Assembly (NCBI GenBank): GCA_963701965.1
Contig: OY969695.1
Span: 2,400,001 to 2,464,000, forward strand
Direction of reading: 5' to 3'
Origin: an uncultured Gemmatimonadales bacterium
Lineage (GTDB): Bacteria; Gemmatimonadota; Gemmatimonadetes; Gemmatimonadales; Gemmatimonadaceae
DNA length: 64,000 nt
Below the pieces are notes generated by a model that was given only the letters and a program-made list of their open reading frames with translations, was not told where the DNA came from and did no database searches. The position numbers were made by a program, and so were the translations under genes. Below are positions 1 through 9,019 of this stretch, piece after piece (the stretch's first letter is position 1; each line of letters opens with the position of its first letter).

Positions 1-4
1 CCAC

Positions 5-1024
5 ATGCCGCTCCTGCTCCTGGGGATCGCCGACTTCATCGAAGACCCCACGCTGGTCGTTTCCGCGGACACGCAGGTGGTGATCCACGCGATGAAGTTG
101 GGCGAGCTACGCCACATCCAAGGGTTCACCGAATATGAGATCCTGAAAGAGTTCGAGATACTGGGGGGCATCCTGTTCACGTTTCTGGGACGTCTGGCCG
201 AGAAGATCGAGGCACCGGGACCGGTCTGGACGTGTTGCGCGCAACGCCTCTTCCAGGCCGTGAGCGTGATCCAGCAGGCGACCGCGACGCGGTACCTGCA
301 GCTCATGGCGGCGCGGGTCTCGGAGCGGGAGGACCGGCTGCGGACGTTCGACCGCGCGCTCACGCACGAGCTGCGGAATCGCATCGGCATCGCGATGGGC
401 GCGGCCCAACTGTTGGAGAGTATCGAACTGGCGGACGCGGATCGCCGGCGCCTGGCCGGCGTGGTCGCCCGCAACGCGACGGGCATGCGCATGGTGTTGG
501 ACAACCTGCTGGAGCTGTCGCGACTCGACACCGATGCCCGCCACCAGCGGCACGTGCTGCTGGCCGCGGCGATCGGTGAAGCCGTGCGTCAACTGCGCGA
601 CGCCGCGCACGCGGAGGGGGTGGAGGTGCGCGTCGCCGAGGATATGCCCGACGTGGAGGTCAGCGCGGCGATCGTCGAGTTGTGTCTGATCAATTTTCTG
701 TCGAACGCCATCAAGTATCGGCATCCGGACCGCGCGTCGTTCGCCGACGTGCGGGGATCGCTCAACGGGAACGAGGTCATTGTCGCGGTCCACGACAACG
801 GGCGGGGCGTGCCGGTCGAGGCGCGGCCAATGTTGTTCCAGCGATTTTTCCGCGCGCACACGTCGGAGTCGCCGGACATCGAGGGCACTGGGCTGGGCCT
901 GAGCATCGTGCAGGAGACCATACGAACTGCCGGTGGGCGCGTGTGGGCCGAGTTTCCCGAAGAGGGGGGCTCGGTGTTCGCCTTTGCGCTGCCCGCGCGA
1001 CGGGCGGAAGACCTACCGACCTGA
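5..1024 (+). CDS. Sensor histidine kinase (HisKA + HATPase_c); N-terminus probably lies upstream of the window
   Basis: H-box ALTHELRNRIG, N-box NFLSNAIKY, G1 VHDNGRGV, F-box LFQRFFR, G2 GTGLGLSIV. Confidence 0.9.
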   Translation: MPLLLLGIADFIEDPTLVVSADTQVVIHAMKLGELRHIQGFTEYEILKEFEILGGILFTFLGRLAEKIEAPGPVWTCCAQRLFQAVSVIQQATATRYLQLMAARVSEREDRLRTFDRALTHELRNRIGIAMGAAQLLESIELADADRRRLAGVVARNATGMRMVLDNLLELSRLDTDARHQRHVLLAAAIGEAVRQLRDAAHAEGVEVRVAEDMPDVEVSAAIVELCLINFLSNAIKYRHPDRASFADVRGSLNGNEVIVAVHDNGRGVPVEARPMLFQRFFRAHTSESPDIEGTGLGLSIVQETIRTAGGRVWAEFPEEGGSVFAFALPARRAEDLPT

Positions 1025-1065
1025 CGGGGCGGCGCTTCGCCGGATGGCGACTAGCCGAATGGCGA

Positions 1066-1485
1066 CTAACCGAGCGCCTCTCGTAATACCTCCCGAAATC
1101 GCGCAGGGTCCAACGGCAGCTCGATCCACGGGAGTCCGTGGGGCTCGGCCAGAGCGCGCACGTCGGGGCCGAGGCGTCCCGGACTGAAGGCGACGACGGC
1201 GATGCCGCTGAGGCGGAGGCGCGCCAACAGATCGGGTTGAAAGCCGTCCGGGTGATCGACGTCAACGAGGACGAGGTCTGGTTGATGGCGGGCGATGGCG
1301 GCGGCGGGTGATTCCGCTGGATCGTCGTGCACGGCAACCGACAGCTGTTCCAACTCCGAGAATGCCCCGAGCAATGCCGCCGTCAGCGGATCGGTCGAGA
1401 CAATCAACACCGTATGCACAGATGTGGCCGGTCGCAAGGGACGGGCCGCACGGTCTCGAACCGGTTCGAACATTCTGGGTGTCAC
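1066..1485 (-). CDS. Atypical receiver (response-regulator-like) domain protein
   Basis: VLIVSTD...HQPDLVLVDVD...VVAFS receiver pattern; lacks the canonical DD pair and KP lysine; convergent with the kinase. Confidence 0.6.
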   Translation of the reverse strand: MTPRMFEPVRDRAARPLRPATSVHTVLIVSTDPLTAALLGAFSELEQLSVAVHDDPAESPAAAIARHQPDLVLVDVDHPDGFQPDLLARLRLSGIAVVAFSPGRLGPDVRALAEPHGLPWIELPLDPARFREVLREALG

Positions 1486-1538
1486 GAGACCGTTTCTGAA
1501 AATTGATCCTCGTGACCCTCGCCGGTGTCTGGAAAGAC

Positions 1539-3119
1539 ATGGGGCCGGATCATCTCGTGCGCGCCGTGGGCGCCGTGTGGGGGGCGTCGGTCGCGGCGAC
1601 GGTCGCGTATCTGGTGGGCCGGCGCCCGCCGGCCGCGGCCAGCGCCTGCGGCACGGCGGCCTGGGACGACGGTGGTTCGCTGGTCACGGGCGCGGGGCTC
1701 ATCGTCGGGCGCTCCCGGGCGGGCCTGCTGCGCTACGCGGGCGAGGGGCATCTGCTGACGGTCGCGCCGACGCGATCGGGCAAGGGCGTGAGCGCGGTGA
1801 TGCCGAATCTGCTGACGTTTCCGGGGTCGATCATCGTGACCGACCCCAAGGGTGAGAACTACGCGGTGACGGCGGCGCGCCGGCGGGCAATGGGCTCGCG
1901 CGTCCTGGCGTATGATCCCTTTGGCGTCGTGGCGCCGCCGGAAGAGCGGGCGACGTACAATCCTTTGGACCGGATCGACACGCGGACGGCGGACGCGGTC
2001 GATGACGCGCGGCTCCTGGCGGACATGATGGTAGTGTCGGACGGGCGGAGCGAGGCGTTCTGGGAGGAGGAGGCGCGCGCGGCGCTGGTGGGGCTCATCC
2101 TGCATGTGGCGGCGGGGGGCGATCGCGGAGGGCGGTCGTTGAGCGCCGTGCGCGCGTGTCTCACGCGCCCGCCGCTGGAGTTCAAGTCGCTGCTCTCCGA
2201 CATGGCGTCGAGTCCGGCGGCCGGGGGACTGGTGCAGCGGGCCGCGGGGCAGCTCCTGCAAAAGAGCGCGCGGGAGCGGGCGGCGGTGTTGTCGACGGCG
2301 CAGAGTCACACGCACTTTCTGGATAGCCCGAGCATGGCGGCGGTGCTGGACGCGACGCGTCGCCCGGCGGCGGATCCCGGCGCAGCCGGGATCAGTCCAA
2401 CCGACTCAGGGTCTCGCGACGCGCAGCGTCGCCGGGATCCCGGCGCAGCCGGGATCAGTCCAACCGACTCAGGGTCTCGCGACGCGCAGCGTCGCCGGGA
2501 TCCCGGCGCAGCCCACACGACGTATCTGGTGTTGCCGCCCGAGCGGCTCGATGGCTATCGCCGCTGGCTCCGGATCATGATCGGTTCGATGCTGAACGCG
2601 ATCACGAAGCGGGGCGCGCCCGGGATCGGACGCGTGGTCTTCCTGCTGGACGAGTTCGCGCACCTCGGGCGCATGCGACCGGTGGAGCGGGGGATCTCGC
2701 TGGTTGGGGGGTACGGCGTCAGCTTCTGGCTCCTGATTCAGGATCTGGCGCAGCTGCGCGCGGTCTATTCCGACAGTTGGCCGACGTTTCTGGCGAATGC
2801 GGATGTGCTGCAGGCGTTCGGGATCAATGACTGGGAGACGGCCGATCATCTGTCGCGTCTGGCGGGGGACGCGACGGTGCGGGTGACGACCGAGTCGCGG
2901 ACGCGCCGGGCGCGGGTGGCTGAGTCGGTATCGGAGCGCGGGCGGCGTCTGATCACGGCGGACGAGGTGCGGCGCCTGGCGCCCGACCTCCAGCTGGTCT
3001 TCGTGCGGGGCCGCTCACCGATCGCCGCCGGGAAGGTGAACTATCTCCGGGACCCGGAGTTCTCGACGCTGGCGGCGCCGAACCCGTTTCACAATGTGGC
3101 CGCTCGTCCTGTGGCTTAA
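1539..3119 (+). CDS. virD4: VirD4/TraG-family type IV coupling protein with internal repeat insertion
   Basis: Walker A APTRSGKG, VTDPKGEN, Walker B FLLDEF, IQDLAQL, N-terminal hydrophobic anchor; ATG 1539 preferred over TTG 1503. Confidence 0.9.
   Translation: MGPDHLVRAVGAVWGASVAATVAYLVGRRPPAAASACGTAAWDDGGSLVTGAGLIVGRSRAGLLRYAGEGHLLTVAPTRSGKGVSAVMPNLLTFPGSIIVTDPKGENYAVTAARRRAMGSRVLAYDPFGVVAPPEERATYNPLDRIDTRTADAVDDARLLADMMVVSDGRSEAFWEEEARAALVGLILHVAAGGDRGGRSLSAVRACLTRPPLEFKSLLSDMASSPAAGGLVQRAAGQLLQKSARERAAVLSTAQSHTHFLDSPSMAAVLDATRRPAADPGAAGISPTDSGSRDAQRRRDPGAAGISPTDSGSRDAQRRRDPGAAHTTYLVLPPERLDGYRRWLRIMIGSMLNAITKRGAPGIGRVVFLLDEFAHLGRMRPVERGISLVGGYGVSFWLLIQDLAQLRAVYSDSWPTFLANADVLQAFGINDWETADHLSRLAGDATVRVTTESRTRRARVAESVSERGRRLITADEVRRLAPDLQLVFVRGRSPIAAGKVNYLRDPEFSTLAAPNPFHNVAARPVA
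2372..2513. repeat. Tandem 63-bp palindromic repeat (about 2.25 units) inside virD4
   Basis: GATCCCGGC-GCA-GCC starts at 2373, 2436 and 2499; encodes DPGAAGISPTDSGSRDAQRRR twice. Confidence 0.95.
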
Positions 3120-3612
3120 TCTGAGCCCGAGTCTCCCGATCGGCGTCTACCGGAGCGTGAGCGATCCGGTGCGCCGCGGCGCGATCGTCGTGGTGTGCCT
3201 TCCGGCCGACATCGGCGCGTTCGCCCGCGCCCGCGGCTACTTGAGTGCCGGACCGTGCCCAGGCGACGTCGAACGCTTGGGCAAGATCGTCGCCGGCGTG
3301 CCGGGCGATACGATCGACGTCGACACGACGGGTGTGCGCATCAACGGGCGCGCGATCGCCGCGAGCCGTCCGCTCCCGCGCGACACGCGGGGCCGCGAGC
3401 TCCCCCGCTGGCGCGGGCGCGCGGTGGTGCGCCCGGGCGAGCTCTTCCTGCTGGCGACCGTGCACGCACGCAGTTTCGACGGGCGCTATTTCGGGCCAGT
3501 GGCGGTGCGCGATCTGGTCGTCGTCCGGCCCTGGTGGATCATCGCATGGCGAAATACTTGTTGCACAGGGCCCCAAGCCGCTTGGCCAATGCCTCGCCGC
3601 GGGCGCTGGTGA
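3094..3612 (+). CDS. traF: Conjugative transfer signal peptidase TraF (S26 family)
   Basis: NLSPSLPIGVY (Ser), LGKIVAGVPGD (Lys), SFDGRYFGPV; overlaps virD4 end. Confidence 0.85.
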   Translation: MWPLVLWLNLSPSLPIGVYRSVSDPVRRGAIVVVCLPADIGAFARARGYLSAGPCPGDVERLGKIVAGVPGDTIDVDTTGVRINGRAIAASRPLPRDTRGRELPRWRGRAVVRPGELFLLATVHARSFDGRYFGPVAVRDLVVVRPWWIIAWRNTCCTGPQAAWPMPRRGRW

Positions 3613-4060
3613 AGTCCTTGTCGGTGCCGGACTGCGCGAAGCCGGGCAGCACGACGGTGCAATAGATGCGGCCCTTCTTGCTCTCGATCTCCGCGCCGTC
3701 CTTGGCTTTCCGTACCGCCTGGTCGCCGACGCCGCTCAAAGCAGTGTATTTGACCTTATCGCTGCTCGCGGTGACGTCGTTCCACGTCATTTCCGACGTC
3801 ATGTCGGGGCCACCGTACACGATGATCGATCCACCGTCTTTGGCGGTGCTGAACGTGCACGACCCGGATCGATAGGGGTACGTGCCAACGATGGCGGGGT
3901 CGTTGAGGATGCCAACAGCATCGGCTGGTGCAAAGACCTTCTTGCAGTCGATCGGGGGGCCGTCGTCATCGGCTTTGCTGGACTGAGCGTGTGCAGCGGA
4001 CGGCGCGCACGCGGCGATCGCGCCGAACGTGCAGGCGAGGAGCAGGTCTCTCACGGTCAT
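3539..4060 (-). CDS. Hypothetical secreted protein
   Basis: ATG 4060 with GAGGAA RBS; signal peptide ending AAHAQ; several cysteines in the mature part; biased codon usage. Confidence 0.65.
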   Translation of the reverse strand: MTVRDLLLACTFGAIAACAPSAAHAQSSKADDDGPPIDCKKVFAPADAVGILNDPAIVGTYPYRSGSCTFSTAKDGGSIIVYGGPDMTSEMTWNDVTASSDKVKYTALSGVGDQAVRKAKDGAEIESKKGRIYCTVVLPGFAQSGTDKDFTSARGEALAKRLGALCNKYFAMR

Positions 4061-4207
4061 GATTTCCTCGAGCGGCGGGTTAGGGCTCCCAATGTCGCCA
4101 CGCCCCGTCGCCCCGCCGTCGCTCCAATGTCTCTTTACCGCCGATTGCTGTGTCTCGCCGTGACGCCGAGTGAAACAACGACCCCGACCGCGCCGTACGG
4201 GCTGGCT

Positions 4208-4714
4208 ATGACCACATCGACCTTGACCAGGCCGGCCTCGAATGCGACGTGGATCAACGCGTCCATCATCGTCGGCTCGGCAATGTTCGTGTTCGGATTG
4301 ACCGTGTCGGCGATCTTCGCGCCCCAGTGGCGCGTGTTGCACGTGTTCCAGGCGCTGATCTACGTGGCCCTGGTCGCGCTGACGCGCCGCAAAAGTGCCT
4401 GGGGGTTCGGCGCCGGCGTTCTGATCGCCCTCTTCTGGAACTACCTCACGCTGATCCGCTCCCCCGTTGGCCGCAATCTGATCGAGGGCCACGGCGGCGA
4501 CCCGAGCACGGCCATCCAGGTCGTCGCCGCCTGCGGCCACTTCGTCATCATCTTCGCCTGCCTCGCCGGGTTCCTGCAGACCCGCCCCGCCTCGCGCCAG
4601 TGGGCGCAGTTCGCCACGGGCGGCGTGTTCGCCATCGGCTACCTTCTGGCGATGGCGGCCCTCGTGGGGCCGCCGGAAGGCATGGAGCACATCAAGGCGG
4701 CGTTTGGCCTTTAG
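4208..4714 (+). CDS. Hypothetical integral membrane protein
   Basis: About 5 hydrophobic segments from MTTSTLTRP onward; the 5' part of ORF 3245..4714 is judged spurious. Confidence 0.65.
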   Translation: MTTSTLTRPASNATWINASIIVGSAMFVFGLTVSAIFAPQWRVLHVFQALIYVALVALTRRKSAWGFGAGVLIALFWNYLTLIRSPVGRNLIEGHGGDPSTAIQVVAACGHFVIIFACLAGFLQTRPASRQWAQFATGGVFAIGYLLAMAALVGPPEGMEHIKAAFGL

Positions 4715-5171
4715 CGGCCGACCCCTCGGGATCCTCCTGCCACATGATACGCGTGAAGCGCCAGCTACCGTCGCGCTGCTTCTTCATCACCCGTAGGAAT
4801 CGGCCGTGCAGCGTCGCGGTCGTCTTCTGCTTCACGTCTTCGAAAGTCACATCGAAACGCCCCCATTCGTAGGCCACCGAGCCATTGACGTGTAGGCTCT
4901 CGAAGTGCGGCGTGTACGTCAGACACTTTTGTCCACCCGTCGCGTACACCGCGCGCAACGCCGGCAGCCCGACGATCGCGTGCTCGCCCTGGCCGAGTAA
5001 CGTCGCGTCGTCATCCCAGAGTGCCGCGAGCTGATCGGGGTTCTGCGTGAGCGTGGCCGCAATGTCCCGCTGACGTAGCGCCTCGATCCCGGCGCGTTCG
5101 GATTGGGCGTGCGCCGCGCCGGCAATGCCGAGGAACAGCACCAGCAGCGGGGTAATGCGTTTGGGAATCAT
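4692..5171 (-). CDS. Secreted NTF2/SnoaL-like (DUF4440-type) protein
   Basis: Signal peptide (AAHAQ), LAALWDDDATLL, AYEWGRF, VMKKQRDGSWRF. Confidence 0.75.
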   Translation of the reverse strand: MIPKRITPLLVLFLGIAGAAHAQSERAGIEALRQRDIAATLTQNPDQLAALWDDDATLLGQGEHAIVGLPALRAVYATGGQKCLTYTPHFESLHVNGSVAYEWGRFDVTFEDVKQKTTATLHGRFLRVMKKQRDGSWRFTRIMWQEDPEGSAAKGQTPP

Positions 5172-5286
5172 CGCACAAACATAGGGCGCGTGGACCGGAC
5201 GCATCCAGCGGCCCTGGGCGGGCGACAGCTCGCTGCCCTTCGAAACCGTCGACGTCGACGCCGCGATCGTGGGCATGTGAGGCCAG

Positions 5287-5358
5287 AGGCGCGGGCCGGA
5301 ATCGAACCGGCGAATAGCGGTTTTGCAGACCGCTGCCTTACCACTTGGCTACCGCGCC
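5287..5358 (-). tRNA. tRNA-Cys(GCA), CCA not encoded
   Basis: GGCGCGGTAGCCAAGTGGTAAGGCAGCGGTCTGCAAAACCGCTATTCGCCGGTTCGATTCCGGCCCGCGCCT: acceptor stem, GCA anticodon, TTCGA T-loop, U discriminator. Confidence 0.97.
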
Positions 5359-5371
5359 AGAAACAGCCCGT

Positions 5372-5400
5372 AAGCTATTCTTGCTGACTGACTTGAACAA
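5372..5400 (-). promoter_or_regulatory. Sigma70-type promoter of tRNA-Cys (TTGTTC-17 bp-TAGCTT)
   Basis: Hexamers and the 17-bp spacing are conserved in all three repeat copies while the spacer sequence diverges. Confidence 0.7.
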
Positions 5401-5465
5401 GCCGGCCCGGCTACCCCGACTGGTCGGCACGTGGATGAGTGTGGGCATTTTTGTGGGCACTCCCA

Positions 5466-5738
5466 TCACGCGAGCCGCATGCTAGCCCGCGCCCCGTCTA
5501 CCCGCGCTGCATCCTCACCGACTCCGCCTTGCAGACTGGCTGCCACGCGCGCTGCGTCCTCAGCAAAGTACGCCTCGGGCGCGTGCTTCATGTAGCGCAT
5601 CGTCCTTGCGCTTCACCAATCCGCATTCCCGTGTACAGCAACACGGCGAACAACGCCCACCACTGCGGCGACGCCACGTGCTCGATCTTGCCGATCTCCG
5701 TCGCGTCTAACCATCGTTCCTTCCCTTCGGGCTCGCGC
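5466..5738 (-). pseudogene. Tyrosine integrase relic (two out-of-frame fragments)
   Basis: REPEGKERWLD...ALFAVLLYTGMRIGEA (Box I Arg) joined out of frame to TMRYMKH (catalytic Tyr region), ending TGA at 5466. Confidence 0.8.
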
Positions 5739-5891
5739 CTCGATCCACGATTGAACATCGGCTGGTCGCCACCGCAGCGTGCGTGGCGCGTAGCGCACGG
5801 CAATGTGACCGACCAATTCATACACGCGCTTGTGCCGCATGCCGAGAATGCGGGCCACTTCCGGTGCTTTAAGCAGCGTTTCCAGTGTCAT
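5735..5891 (-). pseudogene. Excisionase/AlpA-like HTH (MerR-type) gene, 3' end fused to the integrase relic
   Basis: MTLETLLKAPEVARILGMRHKRVYELV...LRWRPADVQSWIE. Confidence 0.7.
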
Positions 5892-6681
5892 ACTGCTTTC
5901 CTGCATGGTGCCGTGTTGTCGTGTCCTTGCCTCTCGCATCTCCTCGCTCCGTGAGAGTGTTGCCTACCAAGTGGGATTCAGCATGCCCTCTACTTACCAA
6001 ACTCCGCCGAACGGTGGAATCCGCAATTGGCACGCACGAAGGCGTACTCGTCCGACCAACGCGCGTGCGTTGAAGGCCGCGCCGACCGAGCGAGCACGCG
6101 TTCTGCCGTATCGAACTTTTGTGATGTCGCCCAAGCTCTCAGATGCATCCTAGAGGGGCGCATCGAATTCATTGCCGCGCGTTACGCGACCATGCGAGTT
6201 AGTAGAGAGATGTCTCTTTTTGCGGCAGCGCCTTGCCCCATTCGCGCCAGACGGCGCTCAAGGGGCGAACTATCTGACGCATGCAGTTGGCCCTAGCTCT
6301 CGTCAGTTGGCGCGCACGGCTAGGCCGTGGAAGCAAGAAGTAGCTCCCCGCCAAGATCGTCGAGGCTATCGGCTGGATCGACGGACCACGGATCCAGAGC
6401 ATCAGTCTCAGTCCGAGAAAAGGGACGCGCCCCTCAACCCCCGCGCGCGCGCTTCCTCAACGTCGAGGAGGAAGACGTCAACGACTGCCGCTAGGGTCAA
6501 TTCGCCAACCTCGCTGCGCCCCGCCAGGCGAGCCACCTCAACGTGCGAGCGCGATCAAGCAACTCAGCGAGTAGGACGGAGGCGTACGTCCCGGGAGAGA
6601 TCGGTGCGCCACGTCCCCTCGCAGCCAGGAAAGCCTCGCGTTCGAAATAGAACTGTCCAAACATGACCGGAAGCTAACGAT

Positions 6682-6745
6682 CGTATGCCATTGTTAGAAC
6701 AGACAACTGACCCTATCTCTCATAGCTTGCCGTATGCCATTGTTA
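6682..6745 (+). repeat. 15-bp direct repeat CGTATGCCATTGTTA (6682-6696, 6731-6745), probable operator
   Basis: Exact duplication just upstream of the RHH gene. Confidence 0.7.
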
Positions 6746-6765
6746 CCCACTCTTCCGGGCGCAGC

Positions 6766-6939
6766 GTGACCGACGCTAAGACCGAGCGCCTGGTTATTCG
6801 CATGAGCCCCGGCGACAAGAGATTGGTCGAGCGCGCAGCGGCCGCAGACGAGTTGGAAGTCTCGACCTGGGCTCGACGAGTTATTGTCCAGACGGCGAAA
6901 CGCCGGGACGCGAAGGACCGAGGCGGCGATGACGCATAG
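6766..6939 (+). CDS. Small ribbon-helix-helix protein (DUF1778/CopG-like)
   Basis: KTERLVIRMSPGDKRLVERAAAADELEVSTWARR alternating beta-strand plus two helices; GTG start. Confidence 0.7.
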   Translation: MTDAKTERLVIRMSPGDKRLVERAAAADELEVSTWARRVIVQTAKRRDAKDRGGDDA

Positions 6940-7095
6940 GTTCGAGTCAGTTGAGGGCGCCTGCCGCTGGCCGCTTGCCGGTCACAAACAGCATCGGCCC
7001 CTTTCGTCCGGACCAACGCACGTCGACGGGTGTAGCGGTAGAGTGTGCAGTGCGACTAATTTTGATTAGCTGCGATCCCTATTGATGATGTTGCC

Positions 7096-7914
7096 TTGAG
7101 TTCCCACGCTCACCATCCAGGGATGCCCGCCACGGCGAACCCAGGTCACGAAAAAGGCCAATCGGTAGTTCGCCGGCAATATGTGCGAGCACCGATTGTC
7201 GAAGCTGTGCTGGAGATCTCGGCGGACGTACCGGCTGACGTCACGCCTGGCGCGCTTGGCAGTCAGTTAGAGCCTGAGCGCCAGAGGTACGATCAGAAGT
7301 TCGACGTGTCGACCTTCGGTGCCGGCGTGACGATCGACGCAACAGGTGTGACTGCTCCCTCGGCAACGGCCCAGCAACAACTCATGGGCTATATGTTCGT
7401 CGACCCTCACAATCACCGCTTATTCCAAGTACGGCGTAACGGATTCCTCCATAGCAAGCAGGCACCATACGACAAATGGGAATCGTTTCGAGATGAGGCC
7501 CGGCGCCTGTGGCAGCTCTACGTCGCGGCAGCGCGTCCAACGCTCGTTCGTCGACTCGGCCTACGCTATATCAATCGGCTCGACTTGCCGACTGGTGAGC
7601 CGGATCTCAAAGAATACTTGTTGACCGGTCCTGAGATAGCCCTCGGAATTGCCCAAAGCCTTTCTGGTTATACAATGCAGTTAGATATCCCTCAGCCGGA
7701 TATTCCGAACTGTCTGTTGATCATTCGCGAGGCCATAGTTAAACCGCCGCGCCCCAATGTCTTCTCGATCGTCTTTGACATGGACATCCTGTGCGGCCAG
7801 CAGTTCAACCCTTCTGACACAGCGATCTGGACAGCTTTGGAGCAGATGCATACACGGGCCGACGAAACCTTCGAACGCTCCATTACTGATCGAGTACGGG
7901 AGATAATCGCGTAA
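7096..7914 (+). CDS. TIGR04255-family protein
   Basis: N-terminal YVRAPIVEAVLEI, YDKWESFR, RRLGLRYINRL, FDMDI, FERSITD motifs recalled for this family. Confidence 0.75.
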   Translation: MSSHAHHPGMPATANPGHEKGQSVVRRQYVRAPIVEAVLEISADVPADVTPGALGSQLEPERQRYDQKFDVSTFGAGVTIDATGVTAPSATAQQQLMGYMFVDPHNHRLFQVRRNGFLHSKQAPYDKWESFRDEARRLWQLYVAAARPTLVRRLGLRYINRLDLPTGEPDLKEYLLTGPEIALGIAQSLSGYTMQLDIPQPDIPNCLLIIREAIVKPPRPNVFSIVFDMDILCGQQFNPSDTAIWTALEQMHTRADETFERSITDRVREIIA

Positions 7915-8288
7915 TGCCTTTACTCGCACCTCCAGCGACAATTGCACAGACAAAGGCAACGGGGACCGACATACTTGTCGTCTTCCGTGCGGCACCTGCG
8001 TCGACTTTGGAGCGGGCCGCACTTGAGGAGCAACTGTCCGTCGCTACGAAAGTGCTTTCGATGAGTACGCGCACAGTGATGTTAGCTCAGGGTCTCGAGT
8101 CACGCCTACAAGGCGGCCGCAACACCGTGCGAGCGGGCGCCCGGCCACAGAGCTGGATGGCGGCGGCGATGGCAGTATTCCCGAACTCTCGTTCGCTCAC
8201 GCCGCAGGAGAACGCCGAGCTGGACACACTCTACAGTCGTACCTTGCGTCCTCTTTCACAGCCGCTGCGAAAACTGCCGAACGTCTGA
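7914..8288 (+). CDS. Hypothetical protein, middle gene of a three-gene cassette
   Basis: TAATG overlap with the upstream gene; abuts the downstream gene. Confidence 0.6.
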   Translation: MPLLAPPATIAQTKATGTDILVVFRAAPASTLERAALEEQLSVATKVLSMSTRTVMLAQGLESRLQGGRNTVRAGARPQSWMAAAMAVFPNSRSLTPQENAELDTLYSRTLRPLSQPLRKLPNV

Positions 8289-8936
8289 ATGCTCAGGGAG
8301 TTTACTCGGTTCGTTCAGAGTATCTTCCCCGCAATTGATCCGGGCAACGCTCGCGCGTTCCTAAAAGCACAGTTCGAATACGCTCCGGTTTGGCCAGATC
8401 TGTTCGCGACACGCCTTCCGCCCAAGATCTGCCAAGGCGACATCCTTGCACCGATAACCTTCATTGTCCAGGCATCCGACGGCACTTACGGCGAATGGAC
8501 CGGACCTGGTATGCTGCTGTCGCATTCATGCGACGTCGATGAGGGAGACTATGTTTGCTTCGCACCGTGTCGACGGTTTGAGGAGTATCGTACTGTCAGC
8601 TTCGTCGGCGCCCTCCTGAGGAACACAATCTTTCGCTTGTTCTACGTGCAAGGCGTGCCCACGATCGGCGACACTGTGGTCGACTTCGACGTTACGCAAA
8701 CCACGCGTAGGGCTTTGATAGTGCAGGGCGTGGAGACGGACTCCATACGGCGTGTTTCAAGCTTTACGGATTACGGCTATTGGCTCCTCGTGGCCAAAAT
8801 GACTGTGCATTCACTCCGTCCACCGGCTCCCGACGAGGTCCGAGAGGTTTCTCGTCCTGGTCTCGCGACGCGGGCAGCCGCAGCCTACAAAGAACTAGTT
8901 GCACTTGCGGGATATCTTGTGAGAGGCCGGGGATAG
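8289..8936 (+). CDS. Hypothetical protein with QGD...SHSCD motifs (possibly divergent PemK/MazF-like fold)
   Basis: ICQGDIL, GMLLSHSCDVD, VVDF; coupled to the upstream gene (TGA ATG). Confidence 0.6.
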   Translation: MLREFTRFVQSIFPAIDPGNARAFLKAQFEYAPVWPDLFATRLPPKICQGDILAPITFIVQASDGTYGEWTGPGMLLSHSCDVDEGDYVCFAPCRRFEEYRTVSFVGALLRNTIFRLFYVQGVPTIGDTVVDFDVTQTTRRALIVQGVETDSIRRVSSFTDYGYWLLVAKMTVHSLRPPAPDEVREVSRPGLATRAAAAYKELVALAGYLVRGRG

Positions 8937-9019
8937 AGTCGGCCGCGCGCTCACTTATCGAACTCCGGCAGATTGAACGGGTCGTCGAGGAACATCGAGA
9001 CAGCGAGTGGAGGCGTGGC

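Noticed and set aside
2372..2513. CRISPR array
   Set aside because: The units are identical tandem copies with no unique spacers, lie inside an ORF, and no cas genes are present
5940..6670. Short ORFs in the island interior
   Set aside because: No recognisable motifs; at most a frameshifted minus-strand relic near 6410-6664, too weak to call
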